The notes below the pieces were generated by a model. It searched no databases. It saw nothing but the letters and a program-made list of their open reading frames with translations, and was not told the DNA's origin. The position numbers were made by a program, and so were the translations under genes. Positions 31,539-43,087 of a stretch of 64,000 bases of DNA are shown here, in pieces; within the stretch, counting starts at the first letter, position 1, and each line of letters opens with the position of its first letter. The DNA is from Savitreella phatthalungensis. Lineage: Eukaryota. Location of the stretch: NCBI GenBank assembly GCA_051599415.1, contig AP039704.1:124001-188000 (forward strand). Reading direction: 5' to 3'.

Positions 31539-34500
31539 ATGTCTAACGGCAAGCGCTCGTCCTCAATCGAGCTCAAAAGCCTAGCGAGTCCTGTCTCCAG
31601 TGACATCACAAACAGCAGTGGCAGTAGCGAGGGCATCCCGTCACGACCCGCGAACTCTGGTCAACCTCCTCCCAATGTCATCGTCACGAGCTATGACGAG
31701 CGAGGCAGATCGCCATCTCCCCTAGGTGTCAGCCGTAGACCGGCGATGACTTCCTCCAGTGCATTCGATGTCGATACAGCTTATCGTCCAGGACGCGATC
31801 CGGACGAGAACGACTCGCTTGCAGATTCCCAAAAGGGCCTGATCCGTCAAAAAGGGAAAGGTGAGGCATGGTGGATTCACTCACCTCAGGCGAAGCGGCC
31901 GAGCAGGCTCACCACGACCGGTACCGTCGTCGGGCGCAGCATGTCACTTGCAGTCAATGATGCTACCTCGCGTATCGTCAGACTCTCTCCGCAGCTTGGC
32001 TCTGCTCCACGTCCCTTCTCCCCACAGCGCCGCAACAGCAGAACGAGCGCGACCGAGTCCGTATCCGACAGCGTTCCTCATCGGGACACCGCAGTACAGC
32101 GCTTTGCCATTCATGTCATGACGACGAGGTGGTTCGAGCCCGTCATCCTGCTCGTCATCCTCCTCCACGGCATCGTCCTAACGATCGACGCATCAGTCAA
32201 TGTCTATGATCGCGCAACGTACCAGTCCTGGACAGACTGGATGTTGATTGGCATCTTCGTAGTGTACACGCTGGAGATGGCGCTACGTATCATGAGCTCT
32301 GGCCTTGTTGGTCCGCGGAAGCTGGGACAGGGCCAGAGGCTGCCGTACCTGCGGCGTTCCTGGCAGAGACTCGACTTTATCTGCATCGTCAGCTTCTGGA
32401 TCCACGTTGCGCTCGATCTCGGCCGCTTCGAGGATGAGCACCATATCTACATCTTCCGTGCGCTTTCGACCCTGCGCGTCCTCCGCCTCCTCAACGTCAC
32501 GAGAGGAATGGCCAGCACGATGCAGGCCTTGAAGATAGCTGCACCGCTCTTAGGCAACGTCGCTTTTTTCGTCGGTTTCTTCGGCATCTTCGCCGGCATC
32601 ATTGGTACTCAAGCCTTCCGAGGCTCCCTGCGTCGTCAATGCGTTTACAGCGATCTTGCCACCGGCACAAATTACACACAAGACTTGCAGTTCTGCGGCG
32701 GACACTGGCTTAATGGCAACAAGACAGGCTATCTCGAGGCCGATTGGACCCCGTCAGGTTTCTCACCGAAAGGATACATCTGCCCAGAGCAGTCGTACTG
32801 CATTTCCGACGCTAACCCGTATAACGGCACTGTCCACTTTGACAACCTCGCCAACAGCCTCGAGCTCGTCTTTGTGATTCTGTCGGCTAATGGCTTCACC
32901 AACATCATGTACTGGACCATGGATTCTGACTATTTCGTCGCCTCACTGTACTTCATTGCATGGACAGTCATTCTGACCTGGTGGTTGACAGCGCTCGTCA
33001 TTGCTGTTGTCACGAACTCTCTGCAGGTGGTGCGTGACGAGCAGCAGCGTATCCGAGAAGAAGAGAAGCTCAAGAATGGCGAACGCAGGTCAGATTCATA
33101 CGAATTAACGGCCAGGCCACGTTGGCTTGACAAGTGGCGCAAGACATCCTGGGTCTGGCTGCTCCTGATCGCTGCAGATCTCTTCACACAGGCCTTCAAG
33201 CGAGCCGATATGACGACCGACGTCCTCGAGCGCTTCGAGCTTGCAGAGACAATCTTTACGGGCATATTCGTTGTCGAGATCACCGGTCGCTTCTTCGCAT
33301 GGCATCCGCAGTACCGCCGCTTCTTCACCTCTGCGGCCAATAACGTCGACCTCGGTCTAGCCGTCATCACAGCCATCATTCAGCTGCCACATATTCGGCA
33401 CTCTGCAGCCTATCGATGGCTAACGCTCTTCCAGGTCCTCCGTTCCTACCGCGTCATCTTAGCAGTGCCCTTCACCGGAGAGCTGATTCGCCGAGTGTTC
33501 AACCAAGGCCGCAGCATAGTCAACCTTACCCTCTTCGTCTTTGCAACCACTTGGACAGCCACCCTATTCTCCACACAGCTCATCCGTGGCGATGCGCCTT
33601 CACAGGTCTATGGCGAAGACATGAACATCACCTTCAAGAGCTTCTATAACGCCTTCCTTGGCATGTACCAAATTCTGTCAACCGAGAACTGGACAGACCT
33701 TCTCTTCGGCATGACTGGTGCTCAAGGTCAATTCGGCCAAGCTTGGTCAAGTGCGGTCCTTTTTGTCGTCTGGTTCGCCTTCTCCGCGCTCGTCATCATG
33801 AGCATGTTCATCGCCGTCCTCCAAGATACCTTCGACATCTCTGAAGGTGCAAAGCGCAGAGAACAGGTGCGAACGTATCTACTCAGATGCCTGCCACAGA
33901 TATCAGCTGGTGAGCCCATCTCACTCACCTTGCTCTCACTCCTGCGCACGCGTCGAGGCAAGGCAAAGTCCCGAAGGCGACCTGACGAAGGCAGCATCAT
34001 GCCAGACCAGCAGCTCGTACAGGACTTCCTCAAGACTGAGGTGACATCGCTCGAGACCAGGCAGGATTTCTCCTTCCAGCCGACCTTTCACCGTGCATTC
34101 GAGCGCGCCTGGGACGCCGTTCTCGTTGCCACCGGACTCGAGCGCTTCAAGCATCGGTTTCAATTCAATCGCAGCTTCCCAGGCGCCATGATCATGACTT
34201 CTGCCACATTCTCGTCCTTCGATCAGGACAAGCTCGCCGATAACGTGGCAGAAGCTCACCGGAAGCACGAGCAGCGCAGGAGGGACTTCATTCGCAAAAA
34301 TCCGCGCTTCGATACAGCCTTCTGGATCTTCAAGCCGGGAAACATCGTACGATCGATATGTCAACGGGTCGTTCATCCAGCCTACGGCATCCGCAGCGCT
34401 CCCAACATCCCAGCCGCCAGTCTTGCCAGCTGGACATTCGCTGTGCTGATGTACGCGGCCACGCTTGGCGTCGTCGTTCTCGCATGTGTCGTTACACCGC

Positions 34501-36953
34501 TATACCAGCGTGGATACGCGGAACTGTATCAGCTCCGTGATCTTCCGTGGTTTGTCTACTGCGACATTGCTTTCACACTGGTATTCACGCTCGAGTTCGC
34601 CGTTAAGGCGGTGGCAGATGGCTTTCTCATGACGCCAAACGCGTATCTCAAGAACGTCTGGAATCGAATCGACGCGCTGGTCCTCGTCGCATTCTGGGTC
34701 ACCCTCGCGAGCGATCTCACCAATAAGCACGATGCATCTCGAGTGTTCCGAGCGATCAAAGCCCTCAGAGCTCTTCGCCTTGTCAACATATCCAACGCGA
34801 CGAAGAATACTTTCCATGATATCTTCATCTCAGGCTTCTGGAACATTGCAGCTGCAGCTATCGTCTCTGTGATCTTGCTTCTCCCCTTCGCCTTGTGGGG
34901 GCTAAATATGTTCGCAGGCTATCTCTTCACTTGCAACGATGATGGAGTAAGCACAATGTTTCAGTGCTTCGGAGAGTATGCGTCAGCACCGTCCAACTGG
35001 GATGTCTGGGCACCTCGCGCCTGGGAAAATCCATTTGGATACGACTTTGACTCGTTCGGCAGCTCGTTGCTCGTTCTTTTCGAAATTGTCTCACAGGAAG
35101 GCTGGACTGACCTCCTTTTCACGAGCATGAGCATCACGACGTACGACGGTTCTCTCGAGATGGGCGCATCGCCAGCCAATGGACTCTTCTTTGTCGCCTT
35201 CAACTTCCTCGGCGCCGTCTTTGTCCTCACACTCTTCATCGCTGTCATCATCCAAAATTTTGCCGAGCGCTCCGGCACAGCCTATCTCACGATCGAGCAG
35301 CGGTCCTGGTACGAGATGAAATCGCTTCTGAAGCAGATCCGTCCAAGCAGAAGATCAGCCGACACGCCAACCTCGCCACTCGAGCGATGGGCCTATTTCG
35401 CCGTCAAGAAGCATTCACGCTGGAACAAACTCGTCTTTGGTACCCACATCGCCCATGCGCTGCTTCTCGCCACAGAACATTATCCATCGTCCTGGCAATT
35501 CGAGCTTGTGCGCAACATATGCTTCATCATCTTCCTTGTGATCTTCATGGTGAATCTGGCAATCCGTCGCATCGCGTTGAGGTCTCGTCTATTCTGGTCT
35601 TCCTGGTGGAATGTCTACAACCTCGCGATCACCATCATGGCCTTCGCCGCCACGCTTACCGTCCTCAATACGGACGATCCAACTGCGATCATCGTTCAAA
35701 AGGTCTTCTTGGTCCTAACGTGCATGAATCTCATCACCATGGTAGACTCACTCGACCAGTTGTTCAAGATGGCCATCGCTTCCTTACCAGACCTCGTCAG
35801 TATCTTCGCTACCTGGCTGGTGCTCTTCATTGCCTTCGCTATCGCCATGAATCAGATTTTCGGTCTCACCAAGATCGGCGACAACGGCTCACACAACCTC
35901 AACTTCCGGACCGTTTCAAAGTCACTCATCTCACTTTTCCGGATGACAAACGGCGAGAATTGGAACTCGCTCATGCACGACTTTGCAGTCGAACCACCCT
36001 ACTGCACTGTCTCGACGGACTTCCTCCAGAGCGACTGTGGATCCAGGGCGTGGGCGTATTTTCTCTTCATCGCATGGAACGTTCTTTCCATGTACATCTT
36101 CGTGAATGTGGTTCTAACGGTCGTGTTCCACCACTTCTCATTCGTCTATCAGCGTACAGGCGGGATGGCAAATCTGTCCCGGGATGAGATTCGTGGTTTC
36201 AAGCGAGCGTGGGCCAAGTACGATGATGGAAGCGGCAAGATCGACCGCGCCGATATGCCTCGCTTCTTACATGCTCTCGATGGCGCATTCGAGGCGAAGA
36301 TCTATCCGACCGAAGTATCAGTTCCAGCGTTGCTGGACGCATGCTGTGGTGGCAAGCAGCACTGGGTTGGCACGCGCGACCAGATCGAGACCTTGAATCG
36401 GATCGTCTCGGAGTCACTCGACATCCCACTAATCCGAAGGCGCAGAAAACTATTTGACGACATGTTCCTGGAGCTCGATCTCCCGCACATCACCTTCACC
36501 CAAGCACTCCTCACTGTTGCCCGAGTCCTCTACGTCGACACCAACAGAGGTCTCTCTCTCAAGGAATTCGTCGAGCAGCGAGCAACAGAGAGCGAATTAA
36601 AGCGCAGGCGCGCAGGACACGCCATTGCGATGTGGCTATCAACTCGGATCAGGCGTCGATCGATCCGACTGAGGCATTCGCAGCGCCAATCAGCATCCGC
36701 ATCGCAGCATCCCAACAGATTGACATCGCTCACAATCCCCGAGCATACAAGAGCGACAAGCTCCGGGTCCGACTCAAAGGACGCGGTCTCACCCTCACAA
36801 GTATCACCATTCTCCTTCACTTCCGACCGAGATCTCGAGGTCATCAACAACATTGTTGACGAAGTAGACCGAACACGGCCGAGCATCTCCGAAGAGGCAG
36901 AGCTAGATCTCCTCGGAGGAACCCATTGGGAGTCTGCACTCCGGCCTAAATGA
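31539..36953 (+). CDS. CCH1: Four-repeat voltage-gated-like Ca2+ channel alpha subunit Cch1
   Basis: Four 6-TM repeats. S4 segments RALSTLRVLRLL and RAIKALRALRL. Pore loops SANGFT, STENWT, SQEGWT, NGENWN give the N/E/E/E filter typical of fungal Cch1. GTAYLT linker. Confidence 0.95.
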   Translation: MSNGKRSSSIELKSLASPVSSDITNSSGSSEGIPSRPANSGQPPPNVIVTSYDERGRSPSPLGVSRRPAMTSSSAFDVDTAYRPGRDPDENDSLADSQKGLIRQKGKGEAWWIHSPQAKRPSRLTTTGTVVGRSMSLAVNDATSRIVRLSPQLGSAPRPFSPQRRNSRTSATESVSDSVPHRDTAVQRFAIHVMTTRWFEPVILLVILLHGIVLTIDASVNVYDRATYQSWTDWMLIGIFVVYTLEMALRIMSSGLVGPRKLGQGQRLPYLRRSWQRLDFICIVSFWIHVALDLGRFEDEHHIYIFRALSTLRVLRLLNVTRGMASTMQALKIAAPLLGNVAFFVGFFGIFAGIIGTQAFRGSLRRQCVYSDLATGTNYTQDLQFCGGHWLNGNKTGYLEADWTPSGFSPKGYICPEQSYCISDANPYNGTVHFDNLANSLELVFVILSANGFTNIMYWTMDSDYFVASLYFIAWTVILTWWLTALVIAVVTNSLQVVRDEQQRIREEEKLKNGERRSDSYELTARPRWLDKWRKTSWVWLLLIAADLFTQAFKRADMTTDVLERFELAETIFTGIFVVEITGRFFAWHPQYRRFFTSAANNVDLGLAVITAIIQLPHIRHSAAYRWLTLFQVLRSYRVILAVPFTGELIRRVFNQGRSIVNLTLFVFATTWTATLFSTQLIRGDAPSQVYGEDMNITFKSFYNAFLGMYQILSTENWTDLLFGMTGAQGQFGQAWSSAVLFVVWFAFSALVIMSMFIAVLQDTFDISEGAKRREQVRTYLLRCLPQISAGEPISLTLLSLLRTRRGKAKSRRRPDEGSIMPDQQLVQDFLKTEVTSLETRQDFSFQPTFHRAFERAWDAVLVATGLERFKHRFQFNRSFPGAMIMTSATFSSFDQDKLADNVAEAHRKHEQRRRDFIRKNPRFDTAFWIFKPGNIVRSICQRVVHPAYGIRSAPNIPAASLASWTFAVLMYAATLGVVVLACVVTPLYQRGYAELYQLRDLPWFVYCDIAFTLVFTLEFAVKAVADGFLMTPNAYLKNVWNRIDALVLVAFWVTLASDLTNKHDASRVFRAIKALRALRLVNISNATKNTFHDIFISGFWNIAAAAIVSVILLLPFALWGLNMFAGYLFTCNDDGVSTMFQCFGEYASAPSNWDVWAPRAWENPFGYDFDSFGSSLLVLFEIVSQEGWTDLLFTSMSITTYDGSLEMGASPANGLFFVAFNFLGAVFVLTLFIAVIIQNFAERSGTAYLTIEQRSWYEMKSLLKQIRPSRRSADTPTSPLERWAYFAVKKHSRWNKLVFGTHIAHALLLATEHYPSSWQFELVRNICFIIFLVIFMVNLAIRRIALRSRLFWSSWWNVYNLAITIMAFAATLTVLNTDDPTAIIVQKVFLVLTCMNLITMVDSLDQLFKMAIASLPDLVSIFATWLVLFIAFAIAMNQIFGLTKIGDNGSHNLNFRTVSKSLISLFRMTNGENWNSLMHDFAVEPPYCTVSTDFLQSDCGSRAWAYFLFIAWNVLSMYIFVNVVLTVVFHHFSFVYQRTGGMANLSRDEIRGFKRAWAKYDDGSGKIDRADMPRFLHALDGAFEAKIYPTEVSVPALLDACCGGKQHWVGTRDQIETLNRIVSESLDIPLIRRRRKLFDDMFLELDLPHITFTQALLTVARVLYVDTNRGLSLKEFVEQRATESELKRRRAGHAIAMWLSTRIRRRSIRLRHSQRQSASASQHPNRLTSLTIPEHTRATSSGSDSKDAVSPSQVSPFSFTSDRDLEVINNIVDEVDRTRPSISEEAELDLLGGTHWESALRPK

Positions 36954-37385
36954 TATGGCCCGCACAAGAGCTGGCCAAGATTCGACTATAGATCCGGCTG
37001 AAGCTCCAGCCTCTATGACTTATGACCTTAGACATGACTACAAATCCATCGTGACCGATCATCGAGCACGCGTGCGTGCCAACGATGTCCTTGCGATTGA
37101 CTCTACAAGCCAGCTAGCTGCAGGAAGATCGATTGTAATTTACCATCGATCGTCCAGCTGTGTATACGCGCACATGCGTGCGTACGTACGTATACGCATT
37201 TAAAGACATAAATGCACGTAAATGACAAGTCATCAGTCTAGACATCAAGGTAGGTAGCAGCCAGGATATCAAGGTCCTGTAAGCACGTCAGCTCAAAGAG
37301 TAGCGACGAACCGCCTACCTTATCTAGACTCCAGCCAGTCATGTAGCCTCTCGCAGCAGCAGCAACCGTCTCTTCAACCTTCAGC

Positions 37386-40300
37386 ATGCTCAAGTTCCAC
37401 CACGCTTACTTGAGCGACGACCTCGCTCGCTTCACTGACCTCGTCGCTCGTTCAAAGGCTGAGTCAGATCATCGTCCAGCGCAAGGCTCATACAAGGCGC
37501 CCGTCTCCTCCAAGCTCAAAGGCAAACGGGATATCAACCTGCAAGATTCACTAGGCCGCACGGTCTTACACCACATCGCGAGCGATGGACGTATCGACTT
37601 CCTCGAAGCCATCCTCGATCACCCAGCTCTCGACGTCGCTCAGCCTGACAGGGAGTCTGGCTGGTCAGCCGTCCATCGTGCGCTATACAACGGACGCGTC
37701 GAGGTTGTGCGCATTCTGCTGACACGGCTGCCTTCTCCGCTGGCGAGGGAGCTGCTGGAGCAGAAGGATGCCGAAGGCAACACGCCATTCGATGTCTACA
37801 ATGCGACTGTGTCTGGCGTCAACCCGCCCCGGCACGACGTCACAGTCGGCGGCACGGATTTCTTTTCTTTCGGCTCCAACGCCAACCACACCTTGGGCTT
37901 CTCAGACGCAGACGATCGTGCGTTCCCTGAGCGCGTTATGCTCAGACGGCCCGTGCTCCAGCACGAAAAGATCTCCAAATTCAGGCCACAGCGCATCCTG
38001 GACGTCGTTATGGCAAAATATCACACACTAGTCCTCACCGATGACTCGTCCGATAACCTGTACGCCTGCGGCTTCGCCAATGCAGGAAGACTCGGCTTTG
38101 AAGGGTCTACGCAATTCACCCTTCGCCCGATCAAGGGCGTCTCCGGCAGGGCCGTCGCCATGGCAGCTGCACAAGATCACTCCCTGGCAGTCACAGAGTC
38201 CGGGGAGCTTTACGCCTGGGGTGCAAACAAGCATGGGCAGCTCGGCTACGAGATCGACACCGCCGCGGGCTACTCTGCCACGCCACGCAAGGTCGTCAAG
38301 CTCGCTAAAGAGCCAGTGATTGGTGTCGCCGTCTCGCCAATCCACTCTGTCGCGTTCACAGACACATCTCTCTGGACCTGGGGATTGAACGAAGGTCAGC
38401 TCGGTTACGAGATTGCGCAAAGCGTTGGTGCTGTCACGTCGATTCCGCGCAAAGTGACGTCGCTCTCGAGTCCCGTCAAGCAAGCGACAGCCACTCGGCA
38501 TGCGACGATCTGTCTGCTAGAAGGTGCAGAGGTTCTCGTCTTTACAAGCTACGGCTATTTCAGACTCGCACTCCAATTCGACCGCTTCTCCTCCCAGTAC
38601 TCCGTCTTCCGGCCGCGAAAGGCGTATGAGCCCGCGCGCGTCGTCAAGGTCGTCTCCGGCGGAGGTGCAACAAGATCCACCATCGCCGTGCTCACTAACC
38701 ACGGCGACGTCTTTTCCTTCGTCCTCGACGACTCCACTCGCGACACAAAGCCGTCGCTGGTCGCAAAACAAGTCAAGCTCGGTCGCGTTTGGTCACTGCG
38801 CAAGAAACATCTCGCTGTCAGGGATCTCGATGTCGGGCAGGAGGGCGACATTGCTATGTGCACAGAATCCGGAAGCGTGTTCCTGCGGCAGAAGCGGACG
38901 AGCAAGCAGCCTGGTGGCGGCATATCAGGCGGCGCAGGCGGCAGTGGAAACAATCGAATAGACGGGCTTGGACCAGCCAAGGACTACAGAATTACCCAGA
39001 TCTCCCGCATCACGCGCATCACAGCCGTTCGAGCGAGCGAGACCGGCGCATTCGGCCTCATCCGCGACGACGTTGATCCACTTCAAATCAAACTCACAGC
39101 GACCACACTAGCAGAAGATCTCCTCTGCGTCCTACCGTACGCAGGCATCATCATCGACGAGGACGATCAAGATGAAGCTGTCACAGTCCATTCCGATGAC
39201 AGCGAGACCGAAGAGGCCGCCGACGATCGTTCCACAGTCAAGACGCCAGCTCACTTTACACGTGCTCTGGACATGCTCAAGTCGCCAACATTCGAAGACG
39301 ACTGGGAAGTCGACCAGGAAGGTCATGACCTCGTTTTCTCCGTGGCCGGCAAGCTCGTTCCAGCCCACCAGGCGATCTGTTGTGCCAGGAGTTCGGTGCT
39401 CAGGGCGCTCTTGTTAGACGGCCAAGAGGTCGCAGGTCTCAAGCTCGAAGTGATTTCAGATCCGCCGTCAATAGCAGTCGAGGACATGGATTTGCGCAGC
39501 TTCATCGTCGTACTTCACTGGATCTATACAGACCTCGTCCTCCAAACATGGTCCGCCTCGACACACCGTCAACCACAAGCCCTCCAGATTGTACAAGCCA
39601 ATGTCAAGCGCCTGTCTCTCCTCCTCGGTCTCAAGCCTCTTTCAAAAGCCATGTCAGCGGCATACCTCGTCCGTCCGCGACCCAGTCTCCCGCAAGATAT
39701 CGCAGCCTTGCTCCGCGACACCAGGCTACTCGAGTTGGCAGATATGCAGCTGGCGCTAGCCGATGGCGAGACCAGACACTGTCATTCGGCCATTGTTGCC
39801 TCTAGATCGGAGTTCTTCTCTGCCATGTTTGAGGGCGCTTGGGTGGAAGCTCGTCGCTCGGATGACGCCATCGGACAGGTCACCATCAACGTTCGTCACA
39901 TCGATGCTGCAACGATGGATCTCGTGCTTGATCATATCTATGGCGACGCGGACATCTCGGTCTTTGACGAACTCGATGTGCCGGAAGTGGAGGATCTGCT
40001 AGAGATTGTGCTGAAGGTGCTAGCGGTCGCCACGGAGCTCATGTTACCGCGCCTGAGGGAAGCCTGTCAAGCGATGCTGCGTGACAAGATGCATCGGAAG
40101 AATCTGGCTGTCATGCTGCATGAAGCAGATGTCTACTCATGCGAGCAGTTGAAGGAGGCCTGTCTGGACTACGCCGCTCGCAACCTCGACCTCCTCATCC
40201 AAAACAACTTGCTCACAAACCAACAAATCTCATCACAGCTCATGCACGACCTCGAGCTCGACATTATCCGGAAACAAATTAAGCGGCTGCCTCTTACCAA

Positions 40301-41542
40301 ATCAGGCAGACTCTTGGGAGAGCTCATCCAACGGCATCCATCAATCCTCGAGGAAACAGAAACTCAAAGGAAGCAGTACCTTGCGAGTCTACTCGCACCT
40401 CCGGCCCCTGCTGGGCCAGGACGCACGGATACGCCGGCCAATGACGAACTACAAAGCTTCCGACGACGGCAATCACGAACAACGCCCTCGGCATCGCCAG
40501 CGCTTGTCGCAGCGAGAATTTCAGGGAGCGCCGTCGCTACAGATGACAGTGCAGCCATTTTCAGCATGGACGACTACGACTTACGCCAGGACGAACCGTT
40601 CACCCTCGTGCAGGGTTCCAGGCGAGGATCCAACCGTCCAAGTCCAGTCGTCAGAGCCGTCAGATCGCCAGACCCTCAAGTCTCCTTCTCGCCTTTGCCA
40701 GCCACGCGTTCCTCTCCGGCGCAGCATCAGCAAACGCCAGGCAGTGCATCAGCTTCGCGGTACGGCTCTCAGGGAAACAGCCACCATCGCGGCAGTTTCA
40801 GTGGCAATATGCATAACGAGACGCCGGCCGCCAAGCAGACCACGCGTGGATGGTCGACGCCAGCGCAGACGCCGCAAGTCGTGGACCTGCGTGCTTTCAT
40901 GACGCAACATCAGCAGCAGCAGCAACACGCCATTCCGCGAGCTGGTACAACCCCATCTGCCTCGGCTTCAGCATCGCAAGCCTCAGGTCTGACGAAGTCT
41001 ATTCACAATGCGCGTCCGTCACAGAAAGAGCGGAAGGCTTCTGCAGCTCACGACTTTTTGTTCTCTGAGCACCAACAAGTTGACAATGCAAGTCCAGCTT
41101 CTCGTCCGAGTACGAGTGCTGGAGGAGGTAGTCCATGGACTGCGGTGAGTGCAAGTCCAGCAGCCTCCCTACAGAGCATCATCGCTGCACAGACAACACC
41201 ATCGGCAGCAGCTAAACCAGCAGTCTCAAGACCGATTGTCACACCAACGCGATCAACTGCTCACAGCAATGGCCGACCTGGACCATCGAGCATGCCTCGG
41301 CAACCACCTGCCTCGATGTCACTCGGTGGTGGCAGTGCTCATGTAAGCGCGAGCCCGATTGCGTCCCTGGGAAAGCAGTCGCTCGCTGACATCATCGCGC
41401 AGGAGACGACTGCGAAATCGCAGCTGCAAGCATACACGGCCAAGCGGTCGATGCTCGAGATCCAGCAAGAGGAAGAATTCGAGCGCTGGTTTGCAGCAGA
41501 AAGCGCGAGAATCAAAAAGGACGAAGCAATGGCCAAAAGTCT

Positions 41543-41577
<35 letters not shown>

Positions 41578-41867
41578 CTGCCAAACAGCAGCAAGCAGGT
41601 AAAGGCAAAGGCAAAGCTGCGCGAAGCAAGAGTAAGACTACCCCGGAAAAGAAGCCTCCTCAGGCTCACGGCAAGGCCGGTGGCAAGCAACCCCAGGCAC
41701 CAAAGCGAGCAAGCAGTCAAGGTCAAATCCAGAGCCAGAATCAGACTCAACCGACGCAATCAACACCAGAAACAGCAACAAGAGCAACAGCAACAGCAAC
41801 AGCAGTGCAGCCGTTGATGGTGCCGCGTACACTGCGACCTGAAGCTCCAGGCTTCACTCCCAAGTGA
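37386..41867 (+). CDS. Ankyrin-RCC1-BTB/POZ protein (S. pombe Btb1 / metazoan IBTK-like Cul3 adaptor)
   Basis: Ankyrin repeats (DSLGRTVLH, DRESGWSAVHRALYNG, DAEGNTPFD), RCC1 repeats (FGSNANHTLG, WGANKHGQLG, WGLNEGQLG), two BTB domains (AHQAICCARS, CHSAIVASRSEFF), C-terminal SMLEIQQEEEFERWF. Confidence 0.88.
41544..41576 (+). repeat. Perfect (CAG)11 encoding polyQ in the BTB protein
   Basis: Read directly from the sequence. Confidence 0.95.
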
Positions 41868-43087
41868 TGATTGTCCTGGTGAACAACTCCAAGGAAAGAG
41901 TATGAGACTGGACACATCCCATGTCAGATAGTATAGAGATCTAGATACACCGCTTCTTGATTGTGACCTCAGTTTTGCAAACCTGTTTCATATTGTGTTT
42001 CATATTGTGTTTCAAGATTAAACTGTCGAACGCCACTCGCAGTAGACAGTCGAACGTACACCTTGCTCCTCATCTGCCTTACATTCACGAGCGTGTACAA
42101 GTTCATGCAACCGCTTTCCTACAACAAAGCATCACCGACCATCTGCGGTGGCGGATGAGCAGTTCTGCACACAGTTCGCAGTTCGTCAACCGAGCATGTG
42201 CATCGATGGCACTGCACTATAGCCTGCCTCCCATTCGTGATTAAGGAGTATTGTGTATTCACTCACGGCGAATCCATCATCGCTTCTACGATAGAGGCTG
42301 TGTCTACAGCTCACTCTTTAAGTCGGAGCGCTGTGTGTGTTCATTATCTGTGTTCATACCTCTTCACCCAGACTGGCTTGAACGCACGTGACTGCAATAG
42401 ACAGTAGAGTCAGTTCCGTCACAGATGTTGCCATGATGAATGTGACGAACAGTTCAATGACCTGTGCTTATCAACGTGAACATTGGAGTTCCGATATAGC
42501 AGCTCTACGCGACACCATGACTACCCTTGAGCGCAAGGCTGCTGCTGTGAATGATAGATAGCTCTATCGTCAAACCCGTGCTACCCAGTCTAGTCCCTCA
42601 CTGTCCTCTGACTTGCCCAGACTCGTGCATCCGTTTGACATTTCCCCGCTTTGAAATTCGGATTAAATTCTCGAGCAACGAGAGTAATGAAAGGTATCGA
42701 AAGTTGTGAAAGGTAGAATTAATCGATTCTGTGGTTGGAACCGCCTCGGGCCGGTCAGGGCTTCTAAAATCACGGGTTTACGGCCAAAGTCGGTTAAACT
42801 CTTTATCCTCCTCCAAATAAGTTTCCGGAGATAATGTATGCACACACCTGCACTCGCAATTATCTGTCTACAGCAGCTGTGTATCGATTGACACACACAC
42901 ATGCACACCTACAACCACACACACACACACACAGCACATACACTCACACCTACCGAGCCGCCAACCCACTACACACTCACACGCACACTCACACTCTCCC
43001 CCTACCAACATCCATCCCTGCTCCTGCACAAGTCTCGTTCAGGATTTGATCACTCTCTGTGACATTCTATTACCATCACTTATAGCC

